Assembly (NCBI GenBank): GCA_965228735.1
Contig: OZ245838.1
Location: 224,001 to 288,000 of the forward strand
DNA length: 64,000 nt
Origin: Planctomycetota bacterium
Lineage (GTDB): Bacteria; Planctomycetota; UBA1135; UBA2386
Reading direction: 5' to 3'
The notes beneath the pieces are model-generated. The model was not told where the DNA came from. It did no database searches and saw only the letters and a list, made by a program, of their open reading frames with translations. Shown here in pieces: positions 10,374 through 19,603 of the stretch. The translations under genes were made by a program, and so were the position numbers. How positions within the stretch are numbered: the first letter of the stretch is position 1; every line of letters starts with the position of its first letter.

Positions 10374-12832
10374 CGGCGCGCAAGAAGGGGGGCAAGCGCA
10401 GCCGGCGCCAGCCCGCGGGCTCTGCTGTGAACTCTGCTGTGAGCTCCCCCGGGGCCCGGGAGCTGGCGGCGGCCGATCTGCGTTGGACCTGCAAGCCGCT
10501 GAAGCCGTCGCGGCGCGCGCCGTCCGTCGCGTTCCTGCTCGAGCAGGAACGACCGATGGCCGCCTTGCGCACGGGCCTGTCGATCCCGGCGTCGGGCTAT
10601 CATCTGTTCGTCTCCGGCCTCATCGGCTCGGGGCGTACGGCCGTCGTCGATCTGCTGCTGCGCGGTATGCGCCCGGGCAGCAAGCGGGTGCCGGACCGCG
10701 TCTACCTGCACAACTTCCGCGAGCCCAACCGGCCGCTGCTCGTGTCGCTGCCGGCCGGTCGCGCCGCGGCGTTCCGCGACGAGCTCGAGGACCTCGGGCA
10801 CGGTCTGCAGAACGCGCTGCTCTCGGCGTTGCGGTCGCGGCCGCATCGGATGTCGCGGCGCGTCGTCCTGCGCGCGACCGGCTCGCGCGACCGCCGCATC
10901 ATGGACGCGCTGCAGCGGCAGGCCCAGAAGCAGGGGTGCGCGCTCGTCCGCTTCCAGAGCCAGAGCGGCGCATCGACCGCCGACATCTACCCCGTCGTCG
11001 AGGGCGAACCCGTCACGCTCGACGCGTTGTCCGCGCTCGTGATCGAGGGCAAGCTGCCCGAGGACGAACGTGAACGCCTGCTGAAGAGCCGCGAGCAGCT
11101 GCTCGACCGGCTCGAAGAAGTGAACGATCGCGTTCGCGAGGAGCATGCGCGCGTGGCGCGCGAGATGCGCGAGATGGACCGCAAGCTCGCGTGGAACGTC
11201 TGGAGCGCCAACACCGCGGACTTCATGGAGCGCTGGCCGCAACGCGAGGTCGCGGACTGGCTCGACGCCGCGGGCGAGTTCGTGGAGCGCCATCTCAGCC
11301 GGTTCCTCGGCAGCAGCGACGAGGACGGCGAGGAGGAGAGCGCGCTGCCCGATGCCGGCGCGCCGCCCGAGGGCTCGGTGTTCGACTTCGCCGCCGCCGT
11401 GGTCAAGACGTCGCTCAACGACGGCAGCCCGGTCGTGATCGAGACGAACCCGACCTGGGTCAACCTGTTCGGCACGATCACGGCACCGCCGGACGGCAGC
11501 CCGCCGGGCCCGCGGCACATCCACCCCGGCGCGGTCCTGCGGGCCGACGGCGGCTACCTCGTCCTGCGCTGCCTCGACGTGCTCAGCGAGGCGGGGGTGT
11601 GGCAGCATCTGAAGCGGGTCCTGCAGACCGGTCGACTCGAGATCCGCGATGCGGAGCAGAGCGGTAGCGGCCAGCCGTCCGGGCTGCAGCCCGAGGCGAT
11701 CCCGATCGATCTCAAGGTCGTGCTCATCGGCGAGCCCGGCGTCTACGAGACCCTCGCGGCCGAGGATCCGCAGTTCCCGCAGACGTTCAAGATCCACGCC
11801 GAGTTCGACGCGACGATCCCCGTCAGCAAGAAGAACCTCACGCGCTACGCCGACTACGTGCGGTGGCTCATCGGCCACGAGCAGCTGCGCGACTTCACGG
11901 GGGACGCGATGGCGGCGATCGCCGAGTACGGCGCCCGCGCCGCGGGCCGCCGCGACCGGCTCATCACGCGCTACAGCGAGCTCGGCGACCTCGCGCGCGA
12001 GGCGTCCCACCTGGTCGGGGCGGAAGGGGCGGAGGCGGTCGAGCGGATGCACGTCGTACAGGCGATCGAAGAACGGCGTCGGCGGCACGATCTCGCCCAG
12101 GAGCTGACCGAACGCGACTACACGGCCGGCTACATGCGGCTGTCGACGACCGGCGACGCGATCGGGCAGGCCAACGCGCTGACCGTGCTCGATACGGGCA
12201 CGCTCGAGTTCGGGCGGCCGTGCCGCATCACGTGCAACTCGGGCGTCGCGGTGCCGCAACGCTCGGGGCTGGTGAACATCGAAGGCCTCGCCAATCTGTC
12301 GGGCCCGATCCACGACAAGGGCGTGATGATCCTCGAGGGGTTCCTGCTGCAGGAGTTCGGCCGCGACGGGCCGCTCTGCATGCAGGCGACGATCTGCTTC
12401 GAGCAGCTCTACAACGGCGTCGAGGGTGACTCCGCGTCACTCGCGCAGCTGCTCGCGCTGCTCAGTTCGCTCGCGTCCGTGCCGCTGCACCAGCACCTCG
12501 CGATCACGGGTTCCGTGAACCAGAAGGGCGAGGTCCAGGCCGTCTCGGGCGTCAACGAGAAGATCGAGGGCTTCTTCCGCGTGTGCCGCGCGCGCCGGAC
12601 GGCGCCGAAGAGCCGTCGCCGGCAGGGCGTCGTCATTCCCGCGGCGAACGCAGGCGACCTGATGCTCGATCACGATGTCGTCGCCGCGGTCGAGGCGGGC
12701 GAGTTCCACATCTACACCGCTGCCGACCTGCGGGACGCGCTCGCGCTGTTCACGAGTCAGGACAGCGCCGAGGTGCTCGAGCGCGTGCGCGCGACGCTCG
12801 CCGAGTTCCGCACGATCGCGGTAACGAAGTAG
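10370..12832 (+). CDS. Lon-like protease (LonC/AAA_32 type) with degenerate ATPase
   Basis: Ser-Lys dyad EGDSAS...GVNEKIEGF, HDKGVMIL, IETNPTWVNLFG; Walker A GLIGSGRT. Confidence 0.9.
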   Translation: MTARKKGGKRSRRQPAGSAVNSAVSSPGARELAAADLRWTCKPLKPSRRAPSVAFLLEQERPMAALRTGLSIPASGYHLFVSGLIGSGRTAVVDLLLRGMRPGSKRVPDRVYLHNFREPNRPLLVSLPAGRAAAFRDELEDLGHGLQNALLSALRSRPHRMSRRVVLRATGSRDRRIMDALQRQAQKQGCALVRFQSQSGASTADIYPVVEGEPVTLDALSALVIEGKLPEDERERLLKSREQLLDRLEEVNDRVREEHARVAREMREMDRKLAWNVWSANTADFMERWPQREVADWLDAAGEFVERHLSRFLGSSDEDGEEESALPDAGAPPEGSVFDFAAAVVKTSLNDGSPVVIETNPTWVNLFGTITAPPDGSPPGPRHIHPGAVLRADGGYLVLRCLDVLSEAGVWQHLKRVLQTGRLEIRDAEQSGSGQPSGLQPEAIPIDLKVVLIGEPGVYETLAAEDPQFPQTFKIHAEFDATIPVSKKNLTRYADYVRWLIGHEQLRDFTGDAMAAIAEYGARAAGRRDRLITRYSELGDLAREASHLVGAEGAEAVERMHVVQAIEERRRRHDLAQELTERDYTAGYMRLSTTGDAIGQANALTVLDTGTLEFGRPCRITCNSGVAVPQRSGLVNIEGLANLSGPIHDKGVMILEGFLLQEFGRDGPLCMQATICFEQLYNGVEGDSASLAQLLALLSSLASVPLHQHLAITGSVNQKGEVQAVSGVNEKIEGFFRVCRARRTAPKSRRRQGVVIPAANAGDLMLDHDVVAAVEAGEFHIYTAADLRDALALFTSQDSAEVLERVRATLAEFRTIAVTK

Positions 12833-12834
12833 CG

Positions 12835-14955
12835 TCAGCCTTTGCGGGCGCGGCGGCCCGAATCGCGCGGGGCGCCGCGGCGCGCACCGGCGGTGCCGGC
12901 GGCCGGATTCGACTCCGGCCGTTGCAGCACGACGGTGGGCTCCTCGCGCGCGAACTGTGTGCCGAGTGCCGTGAGCCGCTGGTCGAGTTCCGTCGCGTGT
13001 TTGCTGAGTGTGCCGAGCGGAGTCGCGAGCTCGATCAGCGCGCTGCGCTCGTCCTGCAGGCGCTTGGTCGCGGCGTCGATGCGCGGCCGATACTCCTCGA
13101 GGCCGCTGTGCAATCGTTCGATGACCGCGCCCTCGAACTTGCGGCCGAAGTAGCCGACGAGCACGGCGACCGTGCGCGGAGTCAGGTCGGTGCGGAACTG
13201 CGCGACGCACTTGTGCAGGTGCAGGCGGCCGGGCTCGCCGAGGCGCGAGGCTTTTTCCTTTCCCGGGATCTTGCGGTCGGCGTTCTTGCCGCTTTCCGGG
13301 CCGCCCGCGGTGCCGAACAGGTCCTGGCGGATGCGGTTCACGGACTTGAACCGCACGACGTCGAACATGCCCTTCTTCACCGGGAAGTGGTCGATGTCGA
13401 CGGGGACGGCCGTATCGCCCTTCCAGGCGACCGCGCCGAGGCTCTGCAGCGCCTCGATCCGCGTCTGCCGGATCTGCACGCCGGCGCGGTCGAGCAGCCC
13501 CTCGATGCCGTCGGGCAGGTTCAGGCCGTAGCCGGATTGCTGCTGCTGGCGTTCGAACGCGCGCAACCCGGCCTGCCGCACGTCCTCGCGGAAGTCGCGC
13601 ACGAGCGGAGTCCATTGGCCGTCCGTGAGCCACGACAGGCTGTGGCTCGAGAGGAACCACGTGTCGATCGACGCGCCGAGTGTGCGCAGCAGCTTGGCGC
13701 CCTGGTCGCGCGCCGCGCGTTCGACCTCGCTCTCGATCTCCTCCAGCGAGTGCCGGAACGCCTCGCTCCAGTCGAGCTCGAGCGCGAGCCGGATGCGACG
13801 TTGTTCGTGTTCGTAGAACTCGAGCTCTTCGTCGATCTGCGCGATGCGCTGCTGCAGCTGCGCGAGCTCGTCGCCGTCGACGGTCCGGCCGAGTTCCTCG
13901 AGCAGGGTCCGACCGCGCTGCAGCGAGTCGTTGAGGAACGCCGCCACGTACTCGGGGCTCGCGAGGTAGTCGCTGAGGTCCTTGCGGAACTCGCGGTAGC
14001 TGTCGGGCTGGTCGTTGGTGCTGCGCTTCTGCAGCACGCTGCTCGCGGCGTGGAGCAGGTCGACCGGGTAGATCTTCACGCGGCCCTCCGATGCAGCCTG
14101 CTTGAGCGGCGCGGACATCGCCAGCTGTTCGAACGCCTGCAGGATGGCCTGCGGTTCGCTCTGCTCGAGCGCGGGGACGAGCCGGCCGTCCGGGCCGACG
14201 TCGCGCTTCTGTGAGTCGACGTTGACGACGAGGAAGATGCGGCTGAACAGCGCGAGCAACTGCTCGAACTCGGTGAACACCTGCTCGAGGAACAGCGTGT
14301 CGCTCTTGACGACGAAGATCGCGCACGCGGCGGCGTTGCGGAAGTCACGCGTCATGCGGTCGTAGCCGAAGCGCATGCGCGTGTAGAGCCCGGGGGTGTC
14401 GACGAGCACCGTGCTGTCGCTCGCGAGGTGCGTGCCGGGCACGTGCACGTCGACGCGGCGGATTGCGCCCGGGAAGTGATCCTCCGGGTCGAACGCCTGC
14501 CCGCGTTGCTCGGCGCGGCGGATCGCCTGCGCCAGGTCCTTGTGCGCTTCCTCGATGTGCTCGTGGATCGCCTGCGGCGCGGTGAATCGTTCCGTCGTGC
14601 CGTCGTATTGCGTGCACACGTACTCCCGCTTCTCGCCGTGCCGCACGAACACGAGGCACGGATACGCGGGCAGGCTCGACACCTCGCTCACGTACGCGCC
14701 GGCGATCGCATTCATCAGGGTCGACTTGCCGCTCTTCAACGGGCCGAAGATCAGGACGAACGCCTGCTGCTCCTTGACCTTGTCACACAGCGCCGTGAGC
14801 TCGGTCCTGATCGCGCCGATGCCCGTCAGGAGTTGCCGCGCCGGCTCGTCTGCCGCCGATCCGTCGAGGGCCGTCGTGGCATCCTGCAGCGCTTGGAGCA
14901 CGGGCCGCAGGGTGCCGTCGAACTGCTGGCAGTAGCTGGCGAGCTGAGTGGGCAT
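12835..14955 (-). CDS. Dynamin-like GTPase
   Basis: G1 GPLKSGKST, G3 DTPG, helical/coiled-coil C-terminus; start trimmed to ATG 14955 (MPTQLAS). Confidence 0.8.
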   Translation of the reverse strand: MPTQLASYCQQFDGTLRPVLQALQDATTALDGSAADEPARQLLTGIGAIRTELTALCDKVKEQQAFVLIFGPLKSGKSTLMNAIAGAYVSEVSSLPAYPCLVFVRHGEKREYVCTQYDGTTERFTAPQAIHEHIEEAHKDLAQAIRRAEQRGQAFDPEDHFPGAIRRVDVHVPGTHLASDSTVLVDTPGLYTRMRFGYDRMTRDFRNAAACAIFVVKSDTLFLEQVFTEFEQLLALFSRIFLVVNVDSQKRDVGPDGRLVPALEQSEPQAILQAFEQLAMSAPLKQAASEGRVKIYPVDLLHAASSVLQKRSTNDQPDSYREFRKDLSDYLASPEYVAAFLNDSLQRGRTLLEELGRTVDGDELAQLQQRIAQIDEELEFYEHEQRRIRLALELDWSEAFRHSLEEIESEVERAARDQGAKLLRTLGASIDTWFLSSHSLSWLTDGQWTPLVRDFREDVRQAGLRAFERQQQQSGYGLNLPDGIEGLLDRAGVQIRQTRIEALQSLGAVAWKGDTAVPVDIDHFPVKKGMFDVVRFKSVNRIRQDLFGTAGGPESGKNADRKIPGKEKASRLGEPGRLHLHKCVAQFRTDLTPRTVAVLVGYFGRKFEGAVIERLHSGLEEYRPRIDAATKRLQDERSALIELATPLGTLSKHATELDQRLTALGTQFAREEPTVVLQRPESNPAAGTAGARRGAPRDSGRRARKG

Positions 14956-15185
14956 ATCGGGGGGTACCGGGGTCGGGGCGAGCGGTGGCGGCGCGGTCAG
15001 CGAAGGCGCGCGTTGCGGCGCGGTATTGGACCAGCCGGCGGCGTTCGAAGGCAGCGATCGTTCGGTGTTTTTCGCGTCCGGTCGACGTGGAAAAGTGCGA
15101 AGTTCTCCACGTTGCGCGTGGGCACCGATCGCGCGCCCCGCGATGGCGGAACGGCAGAATTGCCCGATTGCAGCCGTCGTTCGCG

Positions 15186-15995
15186 TTACTTGATCGGCTT
15201 CATCGGCATTTCGTCCGCCCGTGACGTATGCCAGGTGAGCCGCAACGTGCGCGGGTCGATCTCGGCGGCCAACACGCGCACCGAGTCCCGCCGCTGCCGT
15301 TCCTGCAGCGTTCGGGAACTCGCGAGGAGCATCTCGCACTGGCGCCGCGCGAACGCGCGCGTGAGCGTTTCCTCGTTGCGCCGGGCGAGACTGCGGGCCT
15401 CTTCCACGCGCCGATCGAGCGCGTTCTGGGCCCGGGTCGTCGGGCGTCGGCGAGTCAGCGTGTCGCACTGTGAATGGGTGAGCACGAGCACGAGCGCGAG
15501 ACGCTCGCGTTCGACCTGATGCTCGAGCAGCGCGACCGACTCGCGCGTCACGAACGGGCCGGGATTGCTGATCACGAGCACGTCACGGCGCCGCAGTCCG
15601 AGGGCGCTCGCGACATCGAGATCGGCGTCCGAGCAGGCGAACACCGCGCAGAGATAGCGGCCGGCAGCAGCCGGGCGGCGCCGCGGCTTCGGCGTTTCGG
15701 TCCGTTCCGCGCGGGCGCGGACGACGGCGGCGCTGCTGCGCTTCAGGTGATCGAGCACGAGGGCCGGCGGCAGATGCGGCTGCGGCGCGTGGGTCGCCCG
15801 GGGCCGGGACCCGCGCTTCTGGTCCGCGGTCCTGGCCGGGGTCGAGTCGCTGCGGCCGAGCGGGCGGGAGGCGCCTTCTCGGCTCTTGCCGGCCGGCGGA
15901 CTCGTCGGCGGGGTCTGAGCCGGCAGCCCGGCGCCCAGCACCGCGATTGCGGCCATGACAGCGCGGGTGCACCGCGGTCTCGATTCGCTCCCCAT
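15186..15995 (-). CDS. Secreted beta-carbonic-anhydrase-like protein
   Basis: FACSD, VISNPG and VLTHSQC zinc-ligand pattern; signal-like N-terminus (alternative start 15956). Confidence 0.7.
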   Translation of the reverse strand: MGSESRPRCTRAVMAAIAVLGAGLPAQTPPTSPPAGKSREGASRPLGRSDSTPARTADQKRGSRPRATHAPQPHLPPALVLDHLKRSSAAVVRARAERTETPKPRRRPAAAGRYLCAVFACSDADLDVASALGLRRRDVLVISNPGPFVTRESVALLEHQVERERLALVLVLTHSQCDTLTRRRPTTRAQNALDRRVEEARSLARRNEETLTRAFARRQCEMLLASSRTLQERQRRDSVRVLAAEIDPRTLRLTWHTSRADEMPMKPIK

Positions 15996-16073
15996 GCCGG
16001 TTTTTTCGACGGGCCGCGCACTCGACCTTCAGACTTTTTGTCCGACGCCGGGGTCCGCGGACACCGGTGCGCC

Positions 16074-17819
16074 ATGAGCACGCTCTCCGTCACCGTTGCC
16101 CTGACCTTGGCCGCCGGGCCGCTCGCCGCCCAGTGCGCCCTCGTCGCCGACCTCACGCCGGGGAACGCGAACAACGGCAACATCTCGTACCTGACCCCGG
16201 CCTTCGGGCACGAGCTGTGGTTCACGGGTCACTTCAGCGCGACCGGCGGCGAGCTGTGGCGCTGGCGGGCGAACGTCGGCGCCCAGATCGTCGTCGACCT
16301 CGTACCCGGCAGTGGCAGCAGCAATCCGCAGCTGCTGACGCCGTGCGTGACCGCGCTCGGTCGCCGGATGTTCTACACCGGGTTCCAGAGCGGCCACGGC
16401 CGCGAGCTGTACGCGAGTGACGGCACGCCGGCCGGCACGGGGCGCGTCCTCGAGATCATGCCGGGGTCGGGCGGTGCACAACCGCGCTACCTCTGTGCCA
16501 GCGATGGGCTGGTCTACTTCAACGCGCGTGATCCTGGCTTCGGTGAAGAACTCTGGGTCAGCGACGGCACCGCCGCGGGGACGAGTCGCCTGACCGACGT
16601 CAATCCGGGCCCGGCGAACGGCCGGCCGGAGGACATCACGGCCTGGCGCGGCGTCGTGTTCTTCTCGGCCGAGGAACCCGGAACTGGGCGCGAGCTCTAC
16701 GTGAGTGACGGCACGGTGGCGGGCACCCAGAGGCTGCTCGACATCAACCCGGGCGCGTCGTCGTCGAACCCCGAGGAGTTCGTGGCGGCCGGGGACTGGC
16801 TCTACTTCGTCGCGACGCACCCGACGACGGGCCGCGAGGTGTGGCGCACCGACGGCACTGCGGCAGGCACGGCACTCGTGAACGACACGTTCCTGCACAA
16901 CTCGTTCGGTGCCGACGGCCTGTGCGCCCTCGGCGATCGCATGCTCTTCCACGAGGCCTCCGGGGCGGGGCGTGGTCGGCTCTTCGTCTCCGACGGGACC
17001 GCCGCGGGCACGATCGATCTCTCCGCCGGCTCCGGCCTGAGTGCCGGTGATCTCGTGCGCTCTGGGGATCGCGTGTTCTTCCACGGCCACATGGCGGGCA
17101 TCGGGAGCGAACTCGGGGTCACGGACGGCACCGTTGCCGGAACGCAGATCGTCGCCGACCTCGTGCCGAGCGGCTCGGCCTCGCCGAACTACATCACGGA
17201 CTGTGGGCCGGGGGTGATCTTCCGCGCGAACGTCAACGCGAGCGGCGACCTCTGGTTCTCCGACGGCACGGCGGCAGGCACGTTCCGCGTCTGCAACCTC
17301 GATCCCGCCGGCGCGTTCAATCCCGACCGACTCACGATGCTGCGCGGACGCCTGTTCTTCGAGGGCTATGAGCAGAGCGTCGGGCGCGAGCTGTTCGGCG
17401 TCGCGACGCCGGGCGCGACTGCGACGCTGCTCGGCGCGACGAGCGGGCCGGGTCATCCGCGGCTCTCGACGATGAACGGCGACGTGCCGGTGCTCGGCGC
17501 GACCGTCGACCTCGCGAGTTCGGGGCCGGCCGGCGCGACGGGCTTTCTCGTCGCGGGCGGTCCGCGCCTGCCGGTGCCGGTGCCCGCGAGCCTGATCGAC
17601 GGCGGCGCCGACTGGGTGGGCCTGCAGGCCGGCCTGGCGGTGCACGTCGCGACGAGCTTCACGCCGAACTTCACCGTGCCGTTCTCGATCCCGAACGACC
17701 CGGCATTCGAGGGTGCGATCTTCCAGTTCCAGACCGTGTGGTTCGACCCCGCGACGACGCCGCAGCTGCAGGTGAGCAATGCGATGCAACTCGTGGTCGG
17801 GACGAGCGCACCGCATTAG
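16074..17819 (+). CDS. Secreted ELWxxDGT-repeat beta-propeller protein with C-terminal shared domain
   Basis: Signal peptide ...PLAAQ; repeats ELYASDGT, ELWVSDGT, ELYVSDGT, EVWRTDGT, RLFVSDGT, ELGVTDGT, DLWFSDGT. Confidence 0.9.
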   Translation: MSTLSVTVALTLAAGPLAAQCALVADLTPGNANNGNISYLTPAFGHELWFTGHFSATGGELWRWRANVGAQIVVDLVPGSGSSNPQLLTPCVTALGRRMFYTGFQSGHGRELYASDGTPAGTGRVLEIMPGSGGAQPRYLCASDGLVYFNARDPGFGEELWVSDGTAAGTSRLTDVNPGPANGRPEDITAWRGVVFFSAEEPGTGRELYVSDGTVAGTQRLLDINPGASSSNPEEFVAAGDWLYFVATHPTTGREVWRTDGTAAGTALVNDTFLHNSFGADGLCALGDRMLFHEASGAGRGRLFVSDGTAAGTIDLSAGSGLSAGDLVRSGDRVFFHGHMAGIGSELGVTDGTVAGTQIVADLVPSGSASPNYITDCGPGVIFRANVNASGDLWFSDGTAAGTFRVCNLDPAGAFNPDRLTMLRGRLFFEGYEQSVGRELFGVATPGATATLLGATSGPGHPRLSTMNGDVPVLGATVDLASSGPAGATGFLVAGGPRLPVPVPASLIDGGADWVGLQAGLAVHVATSFTPNFTVPFSIPNDPAFEGAIFQFQTVWFDPATTPQLQVSNAMQLVVGTSAPH

Positions 17820-17862
17820 TTCGCTGCGCTCGAGTCCGCTGACCGCGCGCGGTCGGCGACGA

Positions 17863-19440
17863 CTACACGTCGCCGATGGTCCAGCGCACGCCGTTCGACG
17901 CGACGAGGCCGAGTGCGTTCACGGCGGGGGACCACGACACCGCCTGCGTCGTGAAGGCGACGCCGAGCAGGGTCGGAGCGGGCGGGATCGCCAGCAGTGC
18001 GCTCGACGCGGTGCCGAGTCCGAGCTGCGTCATGCCGGTGCCCGCGACGTGCTGGTAGCAGCCCGGCGCGCCCACCGCCGACAGCTCGGTCGCGTGCGCC
18101 GCGCTGTGCCACCCGAAGACGAGCGCGGATGCGATGGTGTCGTGCCGCACGTCGGTGAGATCGACGCGCACGCGCTCGCCGACGACGGGCCGGCCGATCG
18201 GCTGCTGGCCGAGTCCAGGGTGATCGGTGCGCGTGACGAACGTCGCCGCCGACGTCAGGTCGAACGGGCCGGGGTCGCGTCCGCCGTCACCGACGCCGTA
18301 GCCGACGAGACAGTCGCCGTTGCCGGCCGGGCTGCCGCCGAGGTTCCACGCGATCTCGAGCCGGTTGTCGGGGTGCACGACGATCTCGAAGGTCCGCCCC
18401 GGCGCCGAGACGTTCGCCGCCGGCACGTCCCAGTAGATGATCCGGGTCGCGCCGGTCTGGGTCGTCGCGGTGTAGACGTTGCGGGCGCCATGCGGCGCGA
18501 GCGCGCACCAGTTGGCCACGAGCAGGGCGGCGCCGCCGCGGAACAGTTCGGCGGGATCCGGGATCGGGGGCGGGGCGAGCAGCCCGGCGTTCTTCAGCAC
18601 CACGCGGCCGTCGGCGAACGCGAGAACGCGCGACGTCGTGCCGGCCGGATGCTGCAGCGGTGCCGTGAGCTGCACGAACGCGGCGCTGCCGGGCGTGAGG
18701 CCGAGGTTCGTCGCGTTCTGCGGCAGCGTGATGTTCGGCGTCGGGCCGCGTACGACGTCGTAGCCGCCGACTGCGTTCGGGAGCAGCTGCAGGCGCTGAT
18801 GGTCGAGGTCGAACGTGCCGGCCGGGAACAGCTCGTAGAACGATCGCGCGCCCTGCTGGCACCGTTCGCCGAAGCGCTCGGCGCGGGCGACGGCGTGCGG
18901 CGCCGTCGTGTCGCGGTAGCGCAGCGTGCCGCTGAAGATGCGCGGCGCGAAGATCGGCGAACCGAGATGCGTGAGCGCCGAGGCGCCGCCAGTGAGCAGG
19001 AGGTCCGAGTTGCCGAACGTCTGCCAGACGACCGACTGCACGTAGGCCGGCTTGACGTCGCGGTGGCGCAGGGCGACGCCGTAGCTGCCGACCGGGAGGG
19101 CGACCGGGCGATCGAGCACGCACCTCGTCGGCTGCTGCAGGCCCGCGGCGAACACCGTTCCGCTGGCGGCGTGCATCCAGTCGATGTTGGCTTCGGTGTG
19201 GCCGAGGAACCGGTCGGGTCGGATCCACACCTCGATCTCGCCCTTGGTGCCGAGCGGCGAGAACAGGTTGACGTCGAGTTCGTAGATCTCGATCGCCTTG
19301 CCCGCGGTGAGGTCGAAGTAGACGGCACCGTCGTGCGAGTTGAGGAACGCGTTCGCGGTCCAGTTCGTGGAGAGCGCGTTTTGCGCGGAGGCCGCGGCCA
19401 TCAGCAGCAGCGCGGTCGTCGTGGTCGGCAGGAGTCGCAT
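17863..19440 (-). CDS. Secreted hypothetical protein with C-terminal shared domain
   Basis: Signal MRLLPTTTTALLLMAAASAQ; beta-rich; ends ...GAPGC...TTQAVSW...NALGLVASNGVRWTIG. Confidence 0.82.
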   Translation of the reverse strand: MRLLPTTTTALLLMAAASAQNALSTNWTANAFLNSHDGAVYFDLTAGKAIEIYELDVNLFSPLGTKGEIEVWIRPDRFLGHTEANIDWMHAASGTVFAAGLQQPTRCVLDRPVALPVGSYGVALRHRDVKPAYVQSVVWQTFGNSDLLLTGGASALTHLGSPIFAPRIFSGTLRYRDTTAPHAVARAERFGERCQQGARSFYELFPAGTFDLDHQRLQLLPNAVGGYDVVRGPTPNITLPQNATNLGLTPGSAAFVQLTAPLQHPAGTTSRVLAFADGRVVLKNAGLLAPPPIPDPAELFRGGAALLVANWCALAPHGARNVYTATTQTGATRIIYWDVPAANVSAPGRTFEIVVHPDNRLEIAWNLGGSPAGNGDCLVGYGVGDGGRDPGPFDLTSAATFVTRTDHPGLGQQPIGRPVVGERVRVDLTDVRHDTIASALVFGWHSAAHATELSAVGAPGCYQHVAGTGMTQLGLGTASSALLAIPPAPTLLGVAFTTQAVSWSPAVNALGLVASNGVRWTIGDV

Positions 19441-19603
19441 CACCAGGGCAGTCGTCCGAACCCGACACGGATTACGTGGCCGGCAAAGGCTCCCGGCGCC
19501 CGGCAATCCCGCCGGTGCAGAGCGCCGGGGCGACAATCCGCGATCGTTGTCGCCGCGCCCGTGACGCGGGGGCTTCCACCGCTATGCTCGCTGGCCACTT
19601 CCG

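Noticed and set aside
10420..10442. Tandem CTCTGCTGTGA x2 (period 12)
   Set aside because: A small in-frame duplication (SAVN SAVS) in a disordered N-terminus; no further signal
15085..15112. Inverted repeat ACGTGGA-N14-TCCACGT upstream of the dynamin gene
   Set aside because: Short, single occurrence; cannot be told from chance
16240..17400. Regularly spaced GACGGCAC-type nucleotide repeats resembling an array
   Set aside because: They encode the ELWxxDGT protein repeats; not CRISPR
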